From IMG/VR virus record IMGVR_UViG_3300025723_000013: 64,000 nt of DNA; one strand, written 5' to 3'. Positions 57,535 through 64,000 of the stretch are shown here, one piece after another (positions within the stretch are counted from its first letter, which is position 1; each line of letters opens with the position of its first letter). The DNA comes from a virus. Lineage: Duplodnaviria; Caudoviricetes. The notes below the pieces were generated by a model. That model made no database searches. It was not told where the DNA came from and saw only the letters and a program-made list of their open reading frames with translations. Both the position numbers and the translations under genes were made by a program.

Positions 57535-57629
57535 TGGTACCTCCGGGTGGATTCGAACCACCGACGCTCCCTAATCTGGGGACATGTGCCGTGTATAAGA
57601 CGGGTGTTTTACCGCTAAACTACGGAGGT
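57535..57629 (-). tRNA. tRNA-Ile(TAT) with 25-nt variable arm
   Basis: ACCTCCG/CGGAGGT, CCCGT-CTTATAC-ACGGC, V arm TCCC-CAGATTA-GGGA, A-CCA. Confidence 0.8.
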
Positions 57630-57639
57630 ATTGATTAAA

Positions 57640-57778
57640 TTAGATATTGATAAACCAGTTTACTATTCATTTGCTGCCTGATGTGGAGCTTACAGCTCTT
57701 TTACCGGTATCACAGGCTATGGCGCTGAACAAGGTTAGTCTTGTACTTTGTCTAACGAGCTAGATTATCAATATCTAA
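57640..57778 (-). ncRNA. Unidentified 139-nt structured RNA
   Basis: Perfect 14-bp terminal stem TTAGATATTGATAA/TTATCAATATCTAA, inner hairpins (ACAAG/CTTGT, GCCTG/CAGGC, GAGC/GCTC); starts at predicted +1 of promoter 57785-57813. Confidence 0.7.
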
Positions 57779-57784
57779 GACTTA

Positions 57785-57813
57785 ACTTTACAGTGTTTTC
57801 TGAACAAAGTCAA
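57785..57813 (-). promoter_or_regulatory. sigma70 promoter for ncRNA-tRNA-Ile(UAU)
   Basis: TTGACT-17-TAAAGT. Confidence 0.75.
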
Positions 57814-58388
57814 CCCCAACTAATACCAGCGTCGTTTTCTTGAGCAAATTTTATTATTTCAATTAATTGATCAATATAATGATTGATTTGATTCTTGCTG
57901 CGACCCACATCAATCATTCTAGGACCTCTAGGGCCAATGTGCGTAACTCCTTGATCATCGGTGTATTGTCGACCCATTGGTCCACTTATATCGCTAGGTT
58001 CTTGAGTATACCGATCGGTACTTTGATTCTTTAGTTGAATAAGTCTACGCATGAATTTGGGTAGATCATTGTGATGTATTATTCCTGAATAATCTTGTTT
58101 ATGTGAAGGAACGCCTAACATCTTTTGTATTTCAAAACCGTTGGTATTGCTAACGTTTAATTCAGGAGCATCGGTGCTCCATTCTTCTGTTTCGCCCTTA
58201 CCATCACATCGTCTGCAAGGGAACTCTCCATTTCCAAAATCTTCCTTGCCTGTACCATTACAAACAAAACACGGTTCTTTTACTTTTTTTTGCCAATCAA
58301 TAACGGACCAAACTCTTTCTCCATCGTGGATTTTTTCTTTAACAGGGCTAAAAGTCATGCCTTCTAATATTAATTCTCGTATACGCAT
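57810..58388 (-). CDS. Late protein with DnaJ-type CxxCxGxG zinc-finger repeats
   Basis: CFVCNGTG and CRRCDGKG; TATAAATA 5 nt before ATG; MRIRELILE leader. Confidence 0.75.
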   Translation of the reverse strand: MRIRELILEGMTFSPVKEKIHDGERVWSVIDWQKKVKEPCFVCNGTGKEDFGNGEFPCRRCDGKGETEEWSTDAPELNVSNTNGFEIQKMLGVPSHKQDYSGIIHHNDLPKFMRRLIQLKNQSTDRYTQEPSDISGPMGRQYTDDQGVTHIGPRGPRMIDVGRSKNQINHYIDQLIEIIKFAQENDAGISWG

Positions 58389-58406
58389 CACTTTATTTAT
58401 AAAAAT

Positions 58407-58496
58407 TGGCGGAAGCGATAGGATTCGAACCTATGGTGAGTTTCCCCACGTCAGTTTTCAAGACTGATGCAATAAACCAGACTCTGCCACGCTTCC
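58407..58496 (-). tRNA. tRNA-Ser(TGA)
   Basis: GGAAGCG/CGCTTCC, TCAGT-CTTGAAA-ACTGA, long V arm, G-CCA. Confidence 0.94.
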
Positions 58497-58505
58497 GCAA
58501 TCCAA

Positions 58506-58775
58506 TTATGCCGTACGCTTGATCAAATGATAACCAAACTGGGTCTGCACAGGATCACTTACTGATCCTACCGCGGTGGCACGCGCAGCATCATCAAATG
58601 GTTTGACCATCATGCCTGGGCCAAACATTCCAAGGTCGCCGCCTTGTTTACCGCTCGGGCATTTGCTGTGAGTCGAGGCCAACTCTGCAAAGTCTTGACC
58701 TTGATCGATCTGACCTCTGAGGGCAACTGCCTCGTCCAATGTTGCTACTAAAATATGACTGGCTCTAATTTGCAT
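58506..58775 (-). CDS. ppiC: Parvulin-type peptidyl-prolyl isomerase
   Basis: IRASHILV, FAELA..HS.CPSG..GGDLG.F..G.MV..FD, PVQTQFGYHLI. Confidence 0.95.
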   Translation of the reverse strand: MQIRASHILVATLDEAVALRGQIDQGQDFAELASTHSKCPSGKQGGDLGMFGPGMMVKPFDDAARATAVGSVSDPVQTQFGYHLIKRTA

Positions 58776-58795
58776 TTTGTTTCCTTTTAAAAAAA

Positions 58796-58871
58796 TGGTG
58801 GGCCCCCGGGGATTCGAACCCCGAACCAAAAGATTATGAGTCTTCTGCTCTAACCGTTGAGCTAGAGGCCC
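58796..58871 (-). tRNA. tRNA-CAT (likely Ile2/lysidine type; elongator Met not excluded)
   Basis: GGGCCTC/GGGGCCC paired G1-C72, GAAGA-CTCATAA-TCTTT, A-CCA. Confidence 0.85.
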
Positions 58872-58881
58872 TACATCACTT

Positions 58882-58910
58882 AATATACTACCTTTGCAAA
58901 TGAATTGCAA
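58882..58910 (-). promoter_or_regulatory. sigma70 promoter upstream of tRNA-CAT
   Basis: TTGCAA-17-TATATT. Confidence 0.65.
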
Positions 58911-58914
58911 GATA

Positions 58915-59325
58915 TCAATAAGTGATTGTTACCCCAACTGCAGGACTGTTAGGTACTGCTTGGCTGTTTCCACTGTTGTTGGTGACTGCCATCTGTTTGC
59001 CAAGGCTGCTGCATCCGTTGATATTACAGGCTTTGGCACGAACATATATGGTCACTCCGGGTTGAACCCCGGGGTAGTTATGCTTGGTTGGCATCACTCC
59101 ATTTTCCGGATACAGTATCACCGATGGTCTGGTAAACGCGGTATCAGGGATTGGACCTTGTGAAATAAACAGTTCAACACTGGTCAACGCATATGTGCCC
59201 GACAACGGACTATTGTCCGTTGCCGTTGTGGGCAAACCCAATGTGATTACTGCTGTTCCCACTCGTTGTGCGTATGCTGTGATTGCCATCAGGCACAAAA
59301 AACCAGTCAGTATGAATTTTTTCAT
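58915..59325 (-). CDS. Secreted fibronectin type III-like protein
   Basis: Signal peptide (..TAYA), PTTATDNSPL, IYVRAKACN..GCS. Confidence 0.65.
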   Translation of the reverse strand: MKKFILTGFLCLMAITAYAQRVGTAVITLGLPTTATDNSPLSGTYALTSVELFISQGPIPDTAFTRPSVILYPENGVMPTKHNYPGVQPGVTIYVRAKACNINGCSSLGKQMAVTNNSGNSQAVPNSPAVGVTITY

Positions 59326-59334
59326 GATTGATCC

Positions 59335-59832
59335 TTATTTGGTTGAGGGCACAGGTGTCTTGACCGAACCAGAGTTTACAGTGGGCAATGACTGTGTCTT
59401 GTTCACAACTGCGGGTACTGTTGCAGGAGCAATCTGGAAAGTGATGCTCAACAAGGTTGGAGCATTGGGCGCAGCCAAAGTGGTAGGAATATATTTTGAT
59501 ACTTCGCTGCTATATGCAGATGTCAATCCATTTGTGGTACTCACAGTTACAGCAAAATAATATGTGAGATTGGGAGTGAGCCCTGTGATAGTGACAGTGG
59601 TAGGAGTAACACCGCCGGCAGACGGCACCGCCACACTAGAAGTATAATTTCCACTCGAGGTTCCATACCATACAGTGTATCCTGTGATCTGTCCCACAGT
59701 TAATGGAGTATTGTCAGTGTATGCAGTAGGGGGAGTCCAACTGGCAGTGGCCTGATTGATTGGTGTTTGTGCGGCCGATGCAAATGAGATCAAGGGCAAG
59801 GTCAATGCAATTAACGATAGAATTTTTTTCAT
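59335..59832 (-). CDS. Secreted fibronectin type III-domain protein
   Basis: Signal peptide (..ASAA), ASWTPP, GYTVWYGT.SG.Y, ITGL.P..TYYFAVT, S.YSSEV. Confidence 0.8.
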   Translation of the reverse strand: MKKILSLIALTLPLISFASAAQTPINQATASWTPPTAYTDNTPLTVGQITGYTVWYGTSSGNYTSSVAVPSAGGVTPTTVTITGLTPNLTYYFAVTVSTTNGLTSAYSSEVSKYIPTTLAAPNAPTLLSITFQIAPATVPAVVNKTQSLPTVNSGSVKTPVPSTK

Positions 59833-59852
59833 GATATTTCCTTTAGGGTGAA

Positions 59853-59902
59853 GATATCATAAAATGTAAAGCTCTGATACTTTATGATATCAGGGATATT
59901 TA
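59853..59902 (-). promoter_or_regulatory. Late promoter followed by 5'-terminal 11-bp hairpin
   Basis: TAAATA-tccct-GATATCATAAA...TTTATGATATC then AAGGA SD. Confidence 0.6.
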
Positions 59903-59937
59903 CTTTATTTAATTTTGGTCAGGTTGTGATTTGAGTA

Positions 59938-60012
59938 TGGCTGGGGAGGAAAGATTCGAACTTCCGAATGGCGGAATCAAAATCCGCTGCCTTACCGCTT
60001 GGCGACACCCCA
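59938..60012 (-). tRNA. tRNA-Gln(TTG)
   Basis: TGGGGTG/CTCCCCA, GCGGA-TTTTGAT-TCCGC, G-CCA. Confidence 0.92.
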
Positions 60013-60053
60013 ATATTTCTCAATTAATAAATACTATTATATAGGAGTTTAAA

Positions 60054-60572
60054 ATGAAAGTAAAATCTTTTTTGTTTTTATCAATGGTGTTATTGATTTC
60101 TTGTTCGCAAAAACCACAACCTTTGCCACAGGCCTCTGTATCATCTGACTCCACAGCCTACTACAGCGAAGAAACCTGTGCCATTGCTGCACTGGTCGCG
60201 GTCATGAATTTGAATCAGGGCATTGAGTACGGTGGATTTATAGTGGAGGAAAATGGCAAATTCTACTATTCACGTCCTGTTACCAACAACTCGTCTGAAG
60301 AAATACAGTATGATGCCATCGTGCCTAAAAATGCAAAATTTGTAGCTGTGTACCATACTCATCCCGATTATCCGGAATCCAATGTTTATTCATCTGCGGA
60401 TGTAAGATTTGCTGAAACCAACAAAGTAAATTCCTATCTAGGGGTACAGCAGGACGATACCATTCGTGTATTCGAACCCGGAAAATCCTATGTTTACACC
60501 ACTGATTCAAACAGCAGCGCCGTGGATTCCACAGTATCCGACGGCGTTGTTATTAAAAGTTTGATCCGTTGA
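60054..60572 (+). CDS. Lipoprotein with JAB/MPN-like (DUF4329-type) domain
   Basis: LISC lipobox; EYGG...YHTHP......YSSAD; AGGAG SD; TAAATAC upstream. Confidence 0.7.
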   Translation: MKVKSFLFLSMVLLISCSQKPQPLPQASVSSDSTAYYSEETCAIAALVAVMNLNQGIEYGGFIVEENGKFYYSRPVTNNSSEEIQYDAIVPKNAKFVAVYHTHPDYPESNVYSSADVRFAETNKVNSYLGVQQDDTIRVFEPGKSYVYTTDSNSSAVDSTVSDGVVIKSLIR

Positions 60573-60573
60573 A

Positions 60574-61632
60574 TTAAGATGATATATTATGAATATGCGT
60601 CCATGATTCTGGAATAGCAGCACTACGCCCCCATACCGGAGCACGACTTAAATTTACATAATGTTGATTTCTCGCAGCTATCATTTTATCATGATCGATA
60701 TTAGAAGCTATTATTATTTCTTTGATATAGGGTTTCCAAAAAAGAGGTATATCAGCCAATGTCCATTTATAGTCGGTGCCGTTAATATCAACAGAATATA
60801 AATTTTGTTTCATAGGATTGATATTTACGCAGGCGGGATCTCTATCTTCAAAACCATATCGAATAATGATTTTTTTTTCAAAAAATCCTTTAGGGATTTC
60901 TAAAGGAGGACATATATTTAAGTCCATATGCACATGAGTATAACCGTCGTAATGCCTTGACACTTCTTTAGTTGCCATATAAAGTGTTTGAGGCCAAAAT
61001 ATCTTAAAATCTTCTATACGGAAAAAGAATTTATTTGGATCATTATTATATTCTAGATATTTGTGGAAAAGATCTTTTTTCAATATAAAATTAGATGAAA
61101 GTTCGTGATCGTAAGGAAAACAATATGTAAATTTTCCACAATCGGACAATGTTGATCCTCTGACAATACAATTACTTAACATTTCAGGATAATGTGAGAT
61201 ATTGTAAACGGCAGCAAAATTGCTATCTTTTCTTATGAGATCTAACCCTCTTTTCCAAAGATCGATAGTGCTGTCCATAAAGATATGATCTTCTGCTCCC
61301 GGTATATATAAAGTATCATCATTTATAGAATCTATTTCTTCCTGTACTTTTTTCCATTGCTCTAGATTATTACATCTATACCAAGATATTGTTCCAAGTT
61401 TTTCTGCAGGGAATAAGGAAGAAATCCATTCTTTTAATTCCGGACCTTTATTATTATAAGGTTCTTCTAATTCTATATTGACTAATAATTTACTAATAAT
61501 TGGTGATAACGCAGAAAGACTTGCAAAAAAATATTTAGCGATGTCTAATCGATTATCAGTTTTTAGGTTTCCTTTGTTTCCAATTGGCGTCCATCTTTTA
61601 TCAGAAATCTTACAATTTATCCAGACAATCAT
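60574..61632 (-). CDS. Hypothetical protein in glycan cluster (possible glycosyltransferase fold)
   Basis: GGAGG SD before ATG 61632; EDHIFMD; .SHYPE; RHYDGY.HV. Confidence 0.7.
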   Translation of the reverse strand: MIVWINCKISDKRWTPIGNKGNLKTDNRLDIAKYFFASLSALSPIISKLLVNIELEEPYNNKGPELKEWISSLFPAEKLGTISWYRCNNLEQWKKVQEEIDSINDDTLYIPGAEDHIFMDSTIDLWKRGLDLIRKDSNFAAVYNISHYPEMLSNCIVRGSTLSDCGKFTYCFPYDHELSSNFILKKDLFHKYLEYNNDPNKFFFRIEDFKIFWPQTLYMATKEVSRHYDGYTHVHMDLNICPPLEIPKGFFEKKIIIRYGFEDRDPACVNINPMKQNLYSVDINGTDYKWTLADIPLFWKPYIKEIIIASNIDHDKMIAARNQHYVNLSRAPVWGRSAAIPESWTHIHNISS

Positions 61633-61648
61633 GCCTCCTCTCCTTTTT

Positions 61649-62353
61649 TTAATGTTCATACCGAATATTGTCTAATACATACGGCACATTGCAGTATCGT
61701 GAAAGATAAATTCCCAACATTTCATCTGCATGAGCAATATTAACATTGTCATTGACGTACATGGGTTTGATATGATCAAAAAAATTGCAATATTTTTCCA
61801 TGAGTTCAGGAGGTCCATATGCCATATGATCACACACTGAATGAGTACCATTTACTTCAGTATCTGGTAAAACTAGTTTTCCTATATTCTTGAGATCTAA
61901 TTTAATTAATTTCGTATCAGTTCTTAGTCTAAAAACAAGATCATATTGATTTGGATTTTCTATCAATTCCCAACCTTTTTTGATCATATACCATTGATCT
62001 CTTTGTCTTTCTACCCAAAAACTTCCATGACGAATCGCATGATCATTTATTTTAAAAATGTCATCTGGTCTGGTGGCCGACGTGATATCTACATTAGGAA
62101 ATCTATTAGAATAGAAATTGTGATAATCTTCTAGATGTAACTTATGTGGATTTATTTTTTCTAATAGTGCAGGTAAATCTAAAGGAGTTGGCTCATACCA
62201 ATCGGGTGCTCCGTATCTTCTTCCAGGATTATCAATTGACCATGTAGACAAGTATACATCAACATTGTGCACATTGATGAGATTTTCTTTGACACTGTCA
62301 TAAGTTGACTGATATCTTCTGGCATGTCCAGTTAATATAAGGGCTATTTTCAT
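61649..62353 (-). CDS. Putative glycosyltransferase
   Basis: MKIALILTGH.R, DVYLSTW, YD.V.R.R.D, D..AYG....M..Y. Confidence 0.65.
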   Translation of the reverse strand: MKIALILTGHARRYQSTYDSVKENLINVHNVDVYLSTWSIDNPGRRYGAPDWYEPTPLDLPALLEKINPHKLHLEDYHNFYSNRFPNVDITSATRPDDIFKINDHAIRHGSFWVERQRDQWYMIKKGWELIENPNQYDLVFRLRTDTKLIKLDLKNIGKLVLPDTEVNGTHSVCDHMAYGPPELMEKYCNFFDHIKPMYVNDNVNIAHADEMLGIYLSRYCNVPYVLDNIRYEH

Positions 62354-62685
62354 TATTTTTCCTGTGTTTTAATAATTTTTTTATCGTTTTCGCTAGGAAC
62401 TTTTACACAGATAATTTCACAATCTTCTAAAAAGATTGGATCTGTAATTTCCCAAGGTTCGATTATAAAAATATCTCCGCTATTTAATTCTTGATTTTGC
62501 ATAGTCATCTTACCTTTGATCAATAAATTAATTTCGGTTACTTTGGTATGATAATGAGTATCCCAATTTTGTCCTGCAGGATGAAGTCTATAATTTACTT
62601 CAAAATCTTTTGTGTAAAATGCTGTAGGTTCAAAACCGCCAACAAACCATCCGCTATGCATGTCTGTTAATTTTTTAATTATCAT
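62353..62685 (-). CDS. Cupin-like protein
   Basis: GWFVG.FEP.A..T.DFEV, HYH...EIN..I.G.M, GDIF.I.P. Confidence 0.7.
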   Translation of the reverse strand: MIIKKLTDMHSGWFVGGFEPTAFYTKDFEVNYRLHPAGQNWDTHYHTKVTEINLLIKGKMTMQNQELNSGDIFIIEPWEITDPIFLEDCEIICVKVPSENDKKIIKTQEK

Positions 62686-62695
62686 AATATATTTC

Positions 62696-62985
62696 TCAAT
62701 AAGAATAAGTTTGAGAGGAATTCATATCAACAATTTTGAATTTATCTAAAACTGTCTCGGTTCCTGTATCAAGTATTAAATGCTTGTATTTTGTTTTATT
62801 ATTTAAAATCGCCTTAGGAAAATAATCATCTAAAATAACTGGTTCAAATTTTGAGTCATTGAGTGAGTTTTATTTGCTTCGGAAATTACAAAATAATCTA
62901 CATGGTCATATAATTCTTGTAATCGTATTTCCAAAAGATCTAATTCATTAAAAAAACTAAAACAATCGTAAATCTTTCTTTTCAT
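62696..62985 (-). pseudogene. GT17 (MGAT3-like) glycosyltransferase with large internal deletion and frameshift
   Basis: MKRKIYDCFSFFNELDLLEIRLQELYDHVDYFVISEANKTHS then stop at 62830; C-terminal-like frame ..FEPVILDDYFPKAILNNKTKYKHLI.. continues out of frame. Confidence 0.75.
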
Positions 62986-64000
62986 AGCCCATATTCCTTC
63001 CAATTTGTTTTTTTAAATCCGTCGTTTGTAATTACATTGATTCCTAAAGCACGATCCGGGTCGTTGGAAGAGAGTTTGTCATTAATGAGATATCGAGTTC
63101 CGCCTATACCCATGATTAAATAATCCCATGCTATTCCAAATTTTCTAAGTTGTTTTTCTGTATGCTCTCGAGTACTTTCTTTTCTTGCAGTAGTTAAAAC
63201 AATTTTATAATTTTGGCTGTCCCATTCATTTAATTTTTCAATAACTCCAGGAAGTATTTCTTCTTGTTCTTTGTAAACATCGGAAATGGTATGAGCATGC
63301 TTTAAAATAGTTCCGTCTATATCGATAAAAATAGTTTTAACACTGGTGTTGTTAAATTCTTTTAATTTGCCTACATATTTAGACACATCGTCGGGAGTGC
63401 CTAAAGGAATATATACATTTTTACCAACGTGAAACGGTAATACTGTTTTATCTTTAAGATAGTTAAATGTTTCGCTAATATAACATTCTAACTTTCCTTC
63501 CGATCTAAAATTATCTATAAGATTTTCTGCACTGTTAACAAAATCCTTTCCGTGAGCCCAATAATGAAATCCGATTAATGCATCATCAGATATAGGATTT
63601 TTTTCTGCTAATTTAACAATTTCTCCATCTATAATTTCTGCAAAACTATTTTTTAAATCGTTACTTTTATATATAATCAATGCTGCATCGGGTTTCTTTT
63701 TTGTTATAAATTTTAAAAATTCTTCTGGATCCCAATTAATTAATTGATCGCAGTTATAAATCACTAAAGGTTCGTCATTATTAATTAACTCTTTCGCTGC
63801 TAGTGCAGATTCTGTAGCTCCGCTGGTTAATCTTTTTAATTTTATTTCTTTAGATTCTGGGCGTTTCTTCTTCAAAACTGAAGAAAGCACTTTGTTATGC
63901 TCTGCATTATGAAAGTCTCTAGTAATAAAAATAAATTTACCCGGCACATTAAAGCTATCGATACTATGTTCTATCAGTGTTTTCCTGCGACCTCGATCAA
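62982..64000 (-). CDS. Sugar nucleotidyltransferase (GT-A/NTP_transferase) fused to C-terminal HAD phosphatase; 5' end beyond window, apparent frameshift near 63980
   Basis: LIEVAGK/TLIEHS, LTSGATES.L.A, YNCDQ, IFIDIDGTI, LTTAR. Confidence 0.8.
   Translation of the reverse strand, partial: DRGRRKTLIEHSIDSFNVPGKFIFITRDFHNAEHNKVLSSVLKKKRPESKEIKLKRLTSGATESALAAKELINNDEPLVIYNCDQLINWDPEEFLKFITKKKPDAALIIYKSNDLKNSFAEIIDGEIVKLAEKNPISDDALIGFHYWAHGKDFVNSAENLIDNFRSEGKLECYISETFNYLKDKTVLPFHVGKNVYIPLGTPDDVSKYVGKLKEFNNTSVKTIFIDIDGTILKHAHTISDVYKEQEEILPGVIEKLNEWDSQNYKIVLTTARKESTREHTEKQLRKFGIAWDYLIMGIGGTRYLINDKLSSNDPDRALGINVITNDGFKKTNWKEYGL

Noticed and set aside
58506-58910. 134-aa PpiC extension through tRNA-CAT, and similar extended starts (37876..38877, 42748..43974, 52161..52475, 56598..56822)
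   Set aside because: Extensions run through tRNAs, promoters or upstream genes; downstream ATGs with SD or overlap coupling fit better
55100-60012. Theta (HDV-like) ribozymes at tRNA 3' ends
   Set aside because: 3' trailers are short AT-rich spacers and I could not identify the nested double pseudoknot by eye; an Infernal or RNArobo search would settle it
1-64000. Alternative genetic code (stop-codon reassignment) as in some jumbo phages
   Set aside because: Long ORFs are intact under code 11; TAA, TGA and TAG all end genes at natural boundaries; no suppressor anticodon tRNA seen
1-64000. Bacterial chromosome or eukaryotic giant virus origin (given clpA, def, dnaJ, MBD4-like)
   Set aside because: Spanins, holin, tail fibres, T4-type late promoters, SD sequences and dense small hypothetical genes indicate a tailed phage

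Overview
64 kb segment of a large, AT-rich, lytic T4-like (jumbo-type) tailed phage of a Gram-negative host. It is not a bacterial chromosome: it has T4-type TAAATA late promoters, sigma70 early promoters, a holin/GH19 endolysin/spanin cassette, baseplate and tail-fibre genes, a clamp loader and CCA-encoding tRNAs. Almost all genes are on the minus strand. From left to right: a cassette-like late polyprotein running off the left edge; a dnaJ-def-clpA operon; the lysis cassette; phoH, clamp loader, groES and a mini-DnaE fragment; a tail module with a 3717-aa Ig/IPT protein carrying two GH5 glycoside hydrolase domains; a degenerate SufC/SufBD pair; uvsE; a YafQ/RelE-like toxin locus; queD; clpP; an MBD4-like glycosylase; tandem HExxH peptidases; several sugar-modification genes (two as deletion remnants); and a tRNA region with about 12 tRNAs. 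The most unusual signals are in the RNA region. Thr, Asn and Ile(UAU) tRNAs carry long variable arms. Two unannotated ~140-nt structured RNAs each have their own sigma70 promoter and each lies directly upstream of an atypical tRNA. There is also a 102-nt tRNA-like RNA with a palindromic anticodon arm, and an HNH gene that overlaps tRNA-Gly antisense next to a tRNA minihelix remnant. All family calls come from motif recognition by eye; no searches were run.
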